A stretch of DNA of 64,000 bases from Patescibacteria group bacterium (GCA_048538215.1 JBLYPV010000001.1:75495-139494), one strand, 5' to 3'; counted from the stretch's first letter, positions 9,941-19,932 are shown. Notes: generated by a model not told the origin, from the sequence alone. Program-made: numbers and translations.

Positions 9941-10771
9941 ATGCAAAAGATGCTATTTGAAGAATTGAAACAAGCGCTCTGGGGCTATTATGATACAGGT
10001 AGCCGTAATTTGTCTTGGAGAAAATCAATCACTCCTTATAAAGTGGTAGTGTCTGAGATTATGCTCCAGCAAACGCAAGTTTCGCGTGTGGAGCAGTACT
10101 TTGCTAAATGGATGCGAGATTTTCCCTCATGGAAAGCTTTGGCGGGGGCGAGTCGTAAAGATGTGCTTGGGCACTGGCAAGGCTTGGGCTATAATCGGCG
10201 TGCTCTTTATCTACATCGCACTGCTTGTATTGTGAGCAATCAGTATGGAGGCCGACTACCACGAGAAAGTAGTGAGCTTGTGGCCTTGCCTGGAATTGGA
10301 CCCTATACCTCTGGGGCGATCCGTGCTTTTGCCTTTAATATTCTTGATATTTTTTTAGAGACAAATATTCGTACTGTTTTGATACATCATTTTTTTGAAG
10401 CTGAGGCAGATCAAAAAATAGAGGAGAAAACATTGCTGACTATATTGCAGTCATATATTGAGTATGATGTACGAGCAAGAGAGGATCCTAGAGAGTTTTA
10501 CTATGCGCTTATGGATTATGGAGCTTATTTGAAAAAAGAAGTAGGAAATTTGAATATAAAATCTGCAAGGTATAATAAACAATCTCGTTTTGAAGGATCA
10601 CGCAGGCAATTGCGTGCTGGTATTTTACGCTATATTCTTGAGAATGGGCCTGTGTTAGAAACGAAGATTGTTTTTCAATCCAAGCGTACTAAAGAAGAAG
10701 TAGGTGAGCTATTACGTGAGCTAGAAAAGGAGGGGAGTGTGAGTAAGACGAAACAAGGTTATAAGGTATAG
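9941..10771 (+). CDS. mutY: A/G-specific adenine glycosylase (HhH-GPD), no Fe-S motif
   Basis: VSEIMLQQTQV, WQGLGYNRRA, LPGIGPYT; start uncertain. Confidence 0.88.
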   Translation: MQKMLFEELKQALWGYYDTGSRNLSWRKSITPYKVVVSEIMLQQTQVSRVEQYFAKWMRDFPSWKALAGASRKDVLGHWQGLGYNRRALYLHRTACIVSNQYGGRLPRESSELVALPGIGPYTSGAIRAFAFNILDIFLETNIRTVLIHHFFEAEADQKIEEKTLLTILQSYIEYDVRAREDPREFYYALMDYGAYLKKEVGNLNIKSARYNKQSRFEGSRRQLRAGILRYILENGPVLETKIVFQSKRTKEEVGELLRELEKEGSVSKTKQGYKV

Positions 10772-10812
10772 TAAATGCAAAAAATAAAAAATATGGTATT
10801 CTAGCAAAACAC

Positions 10813-10899
10813 GGAGAGTTGCCAGAGTGGTCGAATGGGGCACCCTGCTAAGGTGTTAGGGGCGCAAGCCTCTCGAGGGTTCGAATCCCTCACTCTCCG
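10813..10899 (+). tRNA. tRNA-Ser(GCT)
   Basis: GGAGAG acceptor, GCT anticodon, long variable arm, GTTCGAATC. Confidence 0.95.
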
Positions 10900-11042
10900 C
10901 AAAATTAAAATTTAAGAGTTTTCAGGGGATGTATGTACACGTGGTGTATCAATCGGCAAAATCCTACGGATTTTACTTGTACAATGCTTGAACTCTACAC
11001 AAGACACTGTTAAAAAATTTCTCGCCCTTTGATGCAAAAATA

Positions 11043-12539
11043 TCAACGATGACGATAGGCAGTGCCAGCGTGTAGAGGGCCGTCTAGCAAATCACTAATA
11101 GTGACGAAAGTAAATCCTTGTTTTTTCAATTCCCTAATCACCTCAGGGATTGCCATTACAGTGGATTGATGAATATCATGGGCCAGGATGATCGCACCAC
11201 TTTGTGGGCTTGTCATTCTCCTGACAAGCTCAGCGTAGGGTGGCTTTTTCCAGTCTTCAGGATCTACGCTCCACAAGATGATAGGGCGGTCAATATGGGA
11301 AAGCACCTCGTCATTAAATGCACCATATGGCGGGCGAAGATAGAGTGGCTTTATGCCGGCTATGCTGTACAAAAGATCATCCGTTTTTCCTAATTCTTCA
11401 TCAATCTGGTCTCCCGCAAGGCTACGTAAATCTCTATGGCTCCAAGTGTGATTACCCAGCTCGTGCCCATCTTGTACTATGCGAAGAATAGTATCGGGCT
11501 GAATTTTAGCCGACCGCCCCAAGACAAAAAATGTGGCTGGCACATCATATTCCTTTAGGGTGTCTAATAGAGTATTGGTATAAATTGATGGGCCATCATC
11601 AAAGCTAAGGGCTACACACCTTGTTGCTCCACAATCCACCTCACTGTTGCTCGATTCTGGATAGATAGGCGGTATTACTGTGGTAGGGGGAAGGGGCTTG
11701 CTAATAGAAAATAGCTCTCGTAGTTTGGGTGTAATAATATCAGCAATATCTTCGATTGGTATTCGTATCTCAACAATACCATCCGACCCCGGGCCTACTT
11801 GATATTTATCAAAATAAATTATCAAGCTAGCACTCTCATCTACTACTAGCGTGTCAAAATTTTTTGCATTTGGGGCAGTCCCTACATCAATCGCTTGTTT
11901 TCTACTAATAATAAATTCAGAGATTGCTTGTTCTGACCCGTCGAGATTTTTGGCAGTTTCTTCTGCTCGTTTATATAATATATCTCGAGAAATCTTTGAT
12001 AATCTTTTTAGATAATCTTCATCAGTAAACAAAGATGCAAGAGGGATCTCTGTGCCAGTTTGTCGATTGAATATCTTGCTAGAGGTAATACCCATACCAG
12101 TACCACCAGTATCCAAATAGCGGTCAAAGACAAATGATATATAAGTTTCATCTGCAAATGATACATCAAAGTGTTGGGTGTAGTGAGTAATAGTGGTATA
12201 GGATTCCATACCAGTCTCCGCAAGATATTTCTGATATGCCTCTTCTTGGTCGGCAGCTGTTTGATAAAATAAATCAATAAATTCTTGTGAAAAATTTTCT
12301 ACTATATGATTGACAGCCTCATTTTCTGTTACTGGATAGGCCACATTTAATAAAGAACGGCCATCATTATCACGATACTCGATTGTCTTTACATTAATAT
12401 TGTCGTATTTTGATGATTGGATAGTGCTAGTCTCACCTTCTGTACTAGAGGGAGAAACATTTGAAAGGTAGGAACGCAGAGTCCATCCTAATACGGCAGT
12501 AGTAATTACGAGTACAATGATTGTTAGAATTTGTTTCAT
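11043..12539 (-). CDS. Polysaccharide/peptidoglycan deacetylase (NodB domain) with N-terminal PdaC-like region
   Basis: ALSFDDGP, HELGNHTWSH, RPPYG, DPEDW, ILAHD. Confidence 0.9.
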   Translation of the reverse strand: MKQILTIIVLVITTAVLGWTLRSYLSNVSPSSTEGETSTIQSSKYDNINVKTIEYRDNDGRSLLNVAYPVTENEAVNHIVENFSQEFIDLFYQTAADQEEAYQKYLAETGMESYTTITHYTQHFDVSFADETYISFVFDRYLDTGGTGMGITSSKIFNRQTGTEIPLASLFTDEDYLKRLSKISRDILYKRAEETAKNLDGSEQAISEFIISRKQAIDVGTAPNAKNFDTLVVDESASLIIYFDKYQVGPGSDGIVEIRIPIEDIADIITPKLRELFSISKPLPPTTVIPPIYPESSNSEVDCGATRCVALSFDDGPSIYTNTLLDTLKEYDVPATFFVLGRSAKIQPDTILRIVQDGHELGNHTWSHRDLRSLAGDQIDEELGKTDDLLYSIAGIKPLYLRPPYGAFNDEVLSHIDRPIILWSVDPEDWKKPPYAELVRRMTSPQSGAIILAHDIHQSTVMAIPEVIRELKKQGFTFVTISDLLDGPLHAGTAYRHR

Positions 12540-12665
12540 ATCAATATACTATAACGCAAATTGTTCTAAAAGAATACAAAAATATACATAGATCATTAAT
12601 AGTATTTTGCCTACTTTCAATGCTATGGGGATAGAGATAGAGGAGAGGGTGGTATAATATTTATT

Positions 12666-13187
12666 ATGAATAAAGGAAAGCTATACTTAGCTGCAGATCA
12701 TGCAGGGTTTGAGTATAAAAATATTTTGCACAAATATTTTGAGGATGTAGGATTAGATCATTACGAAGTGATAGATTTAGGAGCTTTTGTTTATAATGAG
12801 AGCGATGATTATCCAGACATTATTGCACGAGCTGGCCTTCTAGTATCAGCCAATCCTACTAGAGACAAGGCAATTATTTTTGGTGGCTCTGGGCAGGGTG
12901 AGGCGATAGTCGCCAATAAATTTGCTGGGGTACGCGCAGTAGTATACTATGGCTACAATCATGAAATTATTGCCCTCTCACGTGAGCATAATGATGCCAA
13001 TGTGCTCTCTATCGGCGCTCGATTCGTAAATGATAAGGAGATGGTCGAGGCAGCCAATCAATGGCTTGGTACTCCATTTTCAGACGAAAAGCGACACAAG
13101 CGAAGAATTGATCGTATCACTACTATAGAGAAAAATCGCGCTTGGAGATTCTTAGAGCGGATACTTAATCGTACTCCTAATAAATAA
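12666..13187 (+). CDS. rpiB: Ribose-5-phosphate isomerase B
   Basis: AADHAGF, DDYPD, GGSGQGE, REHNDAN. Confidence 0.93.
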   Translation: MNKGKLYLAADHAGFEYKNILHKYFEDVGLDHYEVIDLGAFVYNESDDYPDIIARAGLLVSANPTRDKAIIFGGSGQGEAIVANKFAGVRAVVYYGYNHEIIALSREHNDANVLSIGARFVNDKEMVEAANQWLGTPFSDEKRHKRRIDRITTIEKNRAWRFLERILNRTPNK

Positions 13188-13192
13188 ATCGT

Positions 13193-14260
13193 ATGATAGA
13201 AATATCCCTCATTAAAGTTGTCTTATCTTGGTTGGTATCTTTTTTGATAGGATTTTTGATTACTCCCTATGTTATCAAGGTACTCACGCGCTTTCGTTGT
13301 TGGAAAAAGCGTTCTGGCAATACTCACTCTATGGGGAGCAATGGAGGCACACCTATATTCAACAAGCTACACGCTGATCGTGATACCAGGGTACCGCGTA
13401 TGGGAGGTATTGTAATCGTAATATCAGTATTGGCTACCACATCGATTTTTTGGGCAATAGGCTTCATCATCAGTGGTGGGCCATCAGGCGGTGATTTTGA
13501 TTTTCTTTCACGCACGCAGACCTGGCTTCCTCTAGCCGCCTTTGTGGCAGGGGCACTGATTGGATTTATTGATGATCTGCTCACCATTGGAGCAAGTAGA
13601 CGCTTCCCAAGCCTACAAGGGCTAGCACTTCGGTATAGGATTATTTTATCTACTGCTTTTGCCATACTCTCTGCCTATTGGTTTTATGTCAAGCTGGGTA
13701 TTGATAGTGTATTTGTGCCATGGTATGGAGATTTTGTGATGGGCTGGTGGTTTGTACCATTTTTTATCCTTGCTTTTATTGCAATTTTTGCCACTTCAAA
13801 TATCGACGGCTTAGATGGCTTGGCAGGTGGGGTAATGGCAATTATTTTTACCGCGATGGGAATTATCGCCTATTTCCAAAATCAGATAGATATCGCTGCT
13901 TTTTGCTTCGCAATAGTGGGGGGGACTCTTGCTTTTTTATGGTTTAATATCCCCCCTGCTCGATTTTATATGACAGAAGTGGGCTACAATGCTCTCTCTT
14001 TCTCGCTTGCTATTGTGGCATTTGCCACCGATACCATTTTAATCTTACCAGTATTGGCAGTGGTGCTCTTTATGACAGAAATTACTACAATATTACAAGT
14101 ATTATCCAAAAAAATCAGAGGTAAAAAAATATTTCGAGTAGCACCTATTCATCATCACTTCGAGGCTATTGGCTGGCCAGCTCATCAGGTAGTAATGCGA
14201 TATTGGATTGTTTCATTGATCGGAGCGGTGCTAGGGGTGATGCTCGCCTTCACAGCGTAG
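13193..14260 (+). CDS. mraY: Phospho-N-acetylmuramoyl-pentapeptide transferase
   Basis: PRMGG, GFIDD, NIDGLDGL, APIHHHFE. Confidence 0.93.
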   Translation: MIEISLIKVVLSWLVSFLIGFLITPYVIKVLTRFRCWKKRSGNTHSMGSNGGTPIFNKLHADRDTRVPRMGGIVIVISVLATTSIFWAIGFIISGGPSGGDFDFLSRTQTWLPLAAFVAGALIGFIDDLLTIGASRRFPSLQGLALRYRIILSTAFAILSAYWFYVKLGIDSVFVPWYGDFVMGWWFVPFFILAFIAIFATSNIDGLDGLAGGVMAIIFTAMGIIAYFQNQIDIAAFCFAIVGGTLAFLWFNIPPARFYMTEVGYNALSFSLAIVAFATDTILILPVLAVVLFMTEITTILQVLSKKIRGKKIFRVAPIHHHFEAIGWPAHQVVMRYWIVSLIGAVLGVMLAFTA

Positions 14261-14318
14261 TTTGTTTTATATTATATGTATGGTATAAGTATATTTGAAT
14301 GGAAAGGAGGTGATTGAA

Positions 14319-14846
14319 ATGGATGGTACGAGCTACCTGATTAGCAGGGCTCAATTCGAGGAAATTACAAAGGAGTGGCACTATGGAGATCCACTTCCCC
14401 AAAAGCTACATCCAAGTATTTTTCGCCCCAATCGTGATGCCCACCCCTATTGGTTTGAGCCGGGAAAGGCTGCAGATCTTCGTGGGGCATACCACGAAGA
14501 GCGCCTCAAATATTTGATCGAGCTCGGCAAAGAAGAGGGGGAGCATGATTGGATCAGAGCAGTACGACTGAGCCCTGCCTATAGTGTTCGTGATAGGCGA
14601 GGGATTGATCTCACTCTGGATACTTGCTTTGGCAAGGTGCATGTCCAGGTAAAGAGTAGTCTTAGGGGGATGTGGAAATTTCTCAGCTATACCCCTAAAT
14701 TTTCGTCGAAGAAAGTTATTCCCTGCGTAGTCGTGCACACAGATATGACAGATGAAGAAATTCTCTATCAGTTTGTGCAAAAAGTGCGTCCATTTCTCCT
14801 GAAGAAGAAGCGTGAGAAAGAAGTATGGGATAGAGAGCACAAGTAG
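14319..14846 (+). CDS. Hypothetical protein with PD-(D/E)XK-like nuclease motif
   Basis: AAAGGAGGTG RBS before ATG 14319; DRRGID...VQVKSS. Confidence 0.6.
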   Translation: MDGTSYLISRAQFEEITKEWHYGDPLPQKLHPSIFRPNRDAHPYWFEPGKAADLRGAYHEERLKYLIELGKEEGEHDWIRAVRLSPAYSVRDRRGIDLTLDTCFGKVHVQVKSSLRGMWKFLSYTPKFSSKKVIPCVVVHTDMTDEEILYQFVQKVRPFLLKKKREKEVWDREHK

Positions 14847-14865
14847 GACGCTCTATGCGGGCGTC

Positions 14866-16044
14866 CTACAGTGCCAAATTGCCGTCTACTCGAGTAATAC
14901 TACTCGGGTATTTTTTATGTATAAATCGTTGGTAGCCCGCCAGATTAATCATCAAAGCATTATCCCCTGAGAGAGAAAGATCGGGTAAATAGAGAGAAAT
15001 AGAATATTCATCAGCGAGTGTTTGAAATTGCTCTCGTAAATAGGCATTAGCCGATACCCCACCACCTACAATTAGATTTTGTACGTCATATGCCCCAATT
15101 GCTTGCCGAGTTTTATGTATCAATACTTCTGCTACTGCTTCTTCAAATTCAAGCGCGAGTTCTTGTTTGAATTTTTTTGATATACGAGCGCGTGATTCTA
15201 CAGCTCGACGCACAGCTGTTTTAAGCCCCGAAAAAGAAAAATTATAATCTCCACTGTGTATCATAGGCCGAGGCAGTCCCCACTTGGGAGCTCGGCTCCC
15301 AAGTAATCGAGCTAGATCTGCCTGGCGGGAAATTTCGGGGCCACCAGGGTAGGGGAGCCCAAGTAATCGAGCTGATTTATCAAAAGCTTCACCTACAGCA
15401 TCATCTAGCGTCTCACCAATAATTGTGTATCTATGTTTATCATCGATCCGTACAAGCTCAGTATGTCCACCAGAGATAAGTACCGCCAAGCTCGGATATG
15501 CTATTTGTTTTAGAGCGTAGCTATCATTATTTTTTGATTTTATTTTTTGTATTAAACTTGCGTATATATGCCCTTCCATATGATTCGTAGGAATAAGAGT
15601 GATATCCCAAATATGTGCTAGTGCTCGAGCAGTGTTGAATCCCGTCCAAAGTGCTATCTCGAGTCCAGGGCCGTATGTAACAGCAATGGCTTTAAGTAAG
15701 GGCTTTTTATATTGTTCGGCAAGAGTAATAATTTTTTCAGCAATCTCGGGATCTCTCTCAAGAATTGCGTGTATCGCTTTCTTATCTACAGCACTAAGCT
15801 CTTTTGGCTTTGTCCTAGCTTCAAGCAAGCCAGATTCTTTAAGAGCAGAAAATAAAAGAGGCATTATATTTTTCTGATGCTCTCTGCGTGCCAAGCTTGG
15901 ATATACGCCACCATATTTGCGATGTAGGGCAATTTGCGAATGAGTAAGATGTGAGAGTAGCTCAAACTCATTTTTATTACACCAATCAAGGATGGCAAGA
16001 GATGTTTCATCGCAAGATGTTTCTATCGAAAGTATTTTTGTCAT
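14866..16044 (-). CDS. tsaD: tRNA N6-adenosine threonylcarbamoyltransferase
   Basis: SIETSCDETS, NHMEGH, SGGHT, DDAVGEAFDK, FSFSGLKT. Confidence 0.95.
   Translation of the reverse strand: MTKILSIETSCDETSLAILDWCNKNEFELLSHLTHSQIALHRKYGGVYPSLARREHQKNIMPLLFSALKESGLLEARTKPKELSAVDKKAIHAILERDPEIAEKIITLAEQYKKPLLKAIAVTYGPGLEIALWTGFNTARALAHIWDITLIPTNHMEGHIYASLIQKIKSKNNDSYALKQIAYPSLAVLISGGHTELVRIDDKHRYTIIGETLDDAVGEAFDKSARLLGLPYPGGPEISRQADLARLLGSRAPKWGLPRPMIHSGDYNFSFSGLKTAVRRAVESRARISKKFKQELALEFEEAVAEVLIHKTRQAIGAYDVQNLIVGGGVSANAYLREQFQTLADEYSISLYLPDLSLSGDNALMINLAGYQRFIHKKYPSSITRVDGNLAL
15280..15304. repeat. REP-like palindrome, copy 2 (inside tsaD)
   Basis: CCACTTGGGAGCTCGGCTCCCAAGT. Confidence 0.9.
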
Positions 16045-16045
16045 A

Positions 16046-16624
16046 CTATTGATTCATTAGCTCGCGCCATTTTTTACGAGTTACAGAGCGATAGCTCTCG
16101 TTACCTCCTATCAAATTTTGAGGGCCGTCTTGGGCCACTTTTCCATCTTCATCGAATCGGAGTACCATGGTAGCTTTTTTCCCCGATTCATCAATCGTAC
16201 GAATTTCTCTAAGATCGTCAGCAATTGCTAAAAGCGCTTGCGATCCAGGGAAAAGCTCGCCTCGAAAATCAGTACGAAGCCCATAGGCCATTACAGGAAT
16301 ATCTAAGTCATCCACCACTTGCGCTACTTGCCACACCTGTTCTTTGCTAAGAAATTGAGCTTCATCTATCAAAACGCAATCAATGGCTTGCACGCTATGC
16401 TTATTTTGTATTTTTTCAAATAAATTTTCTTGTGGCGTAAATACATCACATTTTTTAGACACACCAATCCGCGAGCTAATCACATCACTACCATCTCGAT
16501 TATCGAGAGCTGGCTTGAGTAAATAAGGATGCATTTTTCGCTCCAAATAATTATGTGCGACCTGCAGGAGCATGGTACTTTTACCTGCATTCATTGCTGA
16601 GTAATGAAAATAGAGCTTTGCCAT
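16046..16624 (-). CDS. tdk: Thymidine kinase
   Basis: YSAMNAGKST, IDEAQFL, YGLRTDF. Confidence 0.95.
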   Translation of the reverse strand: MAKLYFHYSAMNAGKSTMLLQVAHNYLERKMHPYLLKPALDNRDGSDVISSRIGVSKKCDVFTPQENLFEKIQNKHSVQAIDCVLIDEAQFLSKEQVWQVAQVVDDLDIPVMAYGLRTDFRGELFPGSQALLAIADDLREIRTIDESGKKATMVLRFDEDGKVAQDGPQNLIGGNESYRSVTRKKWRELMNQ

Positions 16625-16688
16625 AAAGTCTATTTTAGCATATTATCTCTTGCCTCATATGCTGGGATTGGTATACTAGCTTTTACTT

Positions 16689-16765
16689 GGGTGATTAGCT
16701 CAGTTGGCTAGAGCGCCTCATTGACGTTGAGGAGGTCACAGGTTCAAATCCTGTATCGCCCACCA
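16689..16765 (+). tRNA. tRNA-Val(GAC)
   Basis: Cloverleaf, loop TTGACGT, encoded CCA. Confidence 0.95.
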
Positions 16766-16944
16766 GTATAGAAATTTCGGGTTCAAAACCAACTTTGTCA
16801 TGAGCGGTACTTCGTGCCGCCCGAGCACGCGGCGCGTGGCAGGTGTTCCGTTTGAAATGAGTTCGAGCTTGGTACAATAGAGACACCCATACACAAGCGA
16901 AAGTTACTTTTGCTTTTTATCTTAGTTTTAAAGAGTCTGTAGTG

Positions 16945-17017
16945 AGCCACCGGCGAGATTCGAACTCACGACCTCTATATTACGAATATATTGCTCTACC
17001 AACTGAGCTACGGTGGC
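16945..17017 (-). tRNA. tRNA-Thr(CGT)
   Basis: Reverse strand GCCACCGTAGCTCAG...TTCGTAA...GTTCGAATC. Confidence 0.92.
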
Positions 17018-17097
17018 ATTGAACTATGCTCTAGAATAATATCACACACTTATTTTTATAACATACATATTTTATAAATATGGCATAATACAAGCAT

Positions 17098-17511
17098 ATG
17101 AGAGAACAAACAATTTTTGAAAAAATTATTAATCGCGAATTGCCTGCTGACATTATATACGAAGATGAGGAGCACTTGGTAATTCTTGATATTAATCCTT
17201 TTGAAAAAGGGCATATTCTAGTTATTCCCAAGCACCACTATGAAACGATTATGGATATGAGCGAAGAAGCATATCTGCAATTACAATCGTTAGTCCATCG
17301 CTTTGCGCTACGAATGCACCAGAGCTTTGGTGGGGGTATTAATGTGGTACAAAACAATTATCCAGAGGCACATCAAGTGGTCCCTCATGTGCATGTTCAT
17401 CTTATCCCGCGTACCGAAGACAAGCCGATGTATCATAGTGAGCTTCATACAGGAGGCTATGAATCAGATGAAGAAAAAGAGAGCTTTATCAGCAAGCTAA
17501 AATTGGTATAA
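17098..17511 (+). CDS. HIT family hydrolase
   Basis: TIFEKII, HVHVH triad. Confidence 0.92.
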   Translation: MREQTIFEKIINRELPADIIYEDEEHLVILDINPFEKGHILVIPKHHYETIMDMSEEAYLQLQSLVHRFALRMHQSFGGGINVVQNNYPEAHQVVPHVHVHLIPRTEDKPMYHSELHTGGYESDEEKESFISKLKLV

Positions 17512-17909
17512 TGGGCGCTATGAAATTAGCAGAGCAATACGCCCGTACTTTATTGCAAGTAGCAGAGACAAAAGATGCAAAAGATTTTGATAAATTTTTT
17601 GATTTATTTATTGAATATCTGCGAGCACATCATCACGAAAAGCTCATACCACAAATATGCAAAAATGTAGTGCGCTTGAGCAAGTCTCAAGAGGCTTCCA
17701 ATAAAGCTACGATTACGGTGCGAGCCTTAGGAGAAGATAAGAAATTTTCTGATCTGATACATGAGCATCAAGATATGTTTGGCAATGCACCGCAAGTACA
17801 AGTGGATGCACACATTGTTGGGGGAGCTGTTTTGCGCAATCGCACACACCTAGTAGACGCAAGCTACCGCAAGGCCTTACTCGATCTTTATCAAACTCTG
17901 AAAAAATAA
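17511..17909 (+). CDS. atpH: ATP synthase delta subunit (short form)
   Basis: YARTL N-terminus; VDAHIVGG...VDASY C-terminus; upstream of atpA. Confidence 0.8.
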   Translation: MGAMKLAEQYARTLLQVAETKDAKDFDKFFDLFIEYLRAHHHEKLIPQICKNVVRLSKSQEASNKATITVRALGEDKKFSDLIHEHQDMFGNAPQVQVDAHIVGGAVLRNRTHLVDASYRKALLDLYQTLKK

Positions 17910-17990
17910 TAAGTTTTTAATATAAAAATCCGGGCCCTTAGGCCCAGATATGGTGTGCGAATCTTTAGAATAAGCTCCTCGAACGATTTA

Positions 17991-18233
17991 TTACTCGTCG
18001 GGGTCTTTTGTTGTAAGCCACAACGCGAAGAACCCCAAGAGCAAGATAAGGCAGAGGAGCAAGAAGGCAGTAGTCACCAAGGTCCAGAGCCAGATACTCT
18101 CCCACCCAAGGAGCATAGTAAGTAGGGTCTTCATGAGCCACACGAGCCCGATGAAGCCCAAGAGCTTCAAGGCAGGGAAGCAGTCGCGGATCATTCCCTG
18201 GAGCTCGGATTGTTCTTTCGTATGGTAAACCAT
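17991..18233 (-). CDS. Small two-TM orphan protein between atpH and atpA
   Basis: GAAAGGAG RBS before ATG at 18233; two hydrophobic helices. Confidence 0.6.
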   Translation of the reverse strand: MVYHTKEQSELQGMIRDCFPALKLLGFIGLVWLMKTLLTMLLGWESIWLWTLVTTAFLLLCLILLLGFFALWLTTKDPDE

Positions 18234-18346
18234 TTTTTCTCTCCTTTCATCCTCACTTGCGCATAAGTGTAGCATAATCATTACACATTTGCTCGTCCTT
18301 TGGTATAATACGCGCGTATTAAACACTAATAATTTAAGAGAGCCCT

Positions 18347-19909
18347 ATGTCTAATCCAATTATTGAAAAGCTACAAAAAGAAATCAAAAATTTTTCAAAT
18401 AAAAGCACGGTAGAGTCTATTGGTACGGTCGTACAAGTAGCAGATGGAGTAGTGGAGATCGAAGGCCTCGAGGGGGTCAAAATGTCTGAGATGGTACGCT
18501 TTTCTTCAGATACAAGCAAGGCACTAGAAGAAGTGCTAGATAATACGAGCGAGGTATATGGCTTGATTCTTAATCTTGAAGAAGATGTGGTCAAGGCGGT
18601 AGTGATGGGAGATGCAAGCGGTATCAAGGAGGGTGATATGGTGGTCAAAACGGGCGAAATTCTTTCGGTACCAGTGTCAGAAGAAATACTCGGTAGAGTG
18701 GTAGACACACTCGCTCGCCCTATTGACGGAAAAGGAGCAATCAAAGAAGACAAGCAGATGCTTCTCGAGCGGGAGGCGTATTCGGTGATAGATCGAGCCC
18801 CAGTAAACACCCCTCTCCAAACGGGGATTAAAAGTATCGATGCACTTATTCCGATTGGGCGGGGACAGCGTGAGCTTATCATTGGAGATCGTGGCACAGG
18901 GAAGACCACCATTGCGATTGATACAATTATCAATCAAAAATATGAGCCAGAAGCAAAGCGTCCAATTTGTATATATGTCGCAATCGGACAAAAAGAATCA
19001 AAAACAGCCAAAATAGTTGAAGAGCTACGACAAGCGGGGGCCCTGGAATATTCAGTGATCGTATCAGCTCCAGCTTCTCGATCAGCTACTGAGCAATTCC
19101 TCGCTCCTTTTACTGGAGTAGCAATTGCCGAATACTTTATGGATCAGGGAAAGGATGTCCTAATCGCTTACGATGATCTTTCCAAGCAAGCTGCTGCTTA
19201 TCGACAAATGTCGCTTTTGCTCCGACGCCCACCAGGACGAGAAGCATACCCTGGTGATGTTTTTTATCTGCACTCCAGATTGCTCGAGCGGTCAGCCAAG
19301 GTGCATGAGGGATTAGGAGGAGGATCTATTACAGCTCTACCAATTATTGAGACGCAAGAGGGCGATGTATCCGGCTTTATTCCTACTAATGTGATCTCCA
19401 TTACCGATGGACAAATTTTCCTAGATACAAATTTGTTTAACAAAGGGATTCTACCAGCAATTGATGTAGGGCTCTCTGTGTCTCGTGTGGGCTCATCGGC
19501 TCAAACCAAAGCAATGAAGAAAGTGTCAGGGCGTATCAAGGTGGATTTGGCACAGTTTCGTGAGCTAGAGGCTTTTATGCAATTTTCTAGTGATCTTGAT
19601 GAGAACACCCGAGAAAAAATTGAATCTTCTGTACGGGTAGTAGAAATGCTTAAGCAAAAAAATAGCGCACCACTTCCTTTTGAAAAACAAGTCGTCACAC
19701 TTTACTTTGTATCAAATGGATTTGCTCGAGATTTTGAGGTAGATACACTCGCTGGAATTGAAAAAGAGCTTCATGAGCGAATTGAAGCAGAAAAGCCAGA
19801 AATACTTGGCACTATTCGTGAAAGTGGAAAATTGGAGGATGACACCAGGGATGCTCTGCATGATTTTCTAGAGCATTTTGTGGTCTCAAAAGGGGTAAAG
19901 CAATCATAG
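18347..19909 (+). CDS. atpA: ATP synthase F1 alpha
   Basis: GRGQRELIIGDRGTGKT, PPGREAYPGDVFY. Confidence 0.98.
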   Translation: MSNPIIEKLQKEIKNFSNKSTVESIGTVVQVADGVVEIEGLEGVKMSEMVRFSSDTSKALEEVLDNTSEVYGLILNLEEDVVKAVVMGDASGIKEGDMVVKTGEILSVPVSEEILGRVVDTLARPIDGKGAIKEDKQMLLEREAYSVIDRAPVNTPLQTGIKSIDALIPIGRGQRELIIGDRGTGKTTIAIDTIINQKYEPEAKRPICIYVAIGQKESKTAKIVEELRQAGALEYSVIVSAPASRSATEQFLAPFTGVAIAEYFMDQGKDVLIAYDDLSKQAAAYRQMSLLLRRPPGREAYPGDVFYLHSRLLERSAKVHEGLGGGSITALPIIETQEGDVSGFIPTNVISITDGQIFLDTNLFNKGILPAIDVGLSVSRVGSSAQTKAMKKVSGRIKVDLAQFRELEAFMQFSSDLDENTREKIESSVRVVEMLKQKNSAPLPFEKQVVTLYFVSNGFARDFEVDTLAGIEKELHERIEAEKPEILGTIRESGKLEDDTRDALHDFLEHFVVSKGVKQS

Positions 19910-19932
19910 ATTCCAAGTGATATAGATCAATT

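Noticed and set aside
9941-10771. MutY lacking the 4Fe-4S cysteines as a novelty
   Set aside because: Cluster-free MutY variants are already known; recorded only as a feature.
10900-11040. Possible GIY-YIG gene relic after tRNA-Ser (MYVHVVYQSAKSYGFY)
   Set aside because: Only 20 codons with weak resemblance; not supportable.
18334-18933. Long antisense ORFs inside conserved genes (e.g. opposite atpA)
   Set aside because: Shadow ORFs produced by codon bias of the real gene.
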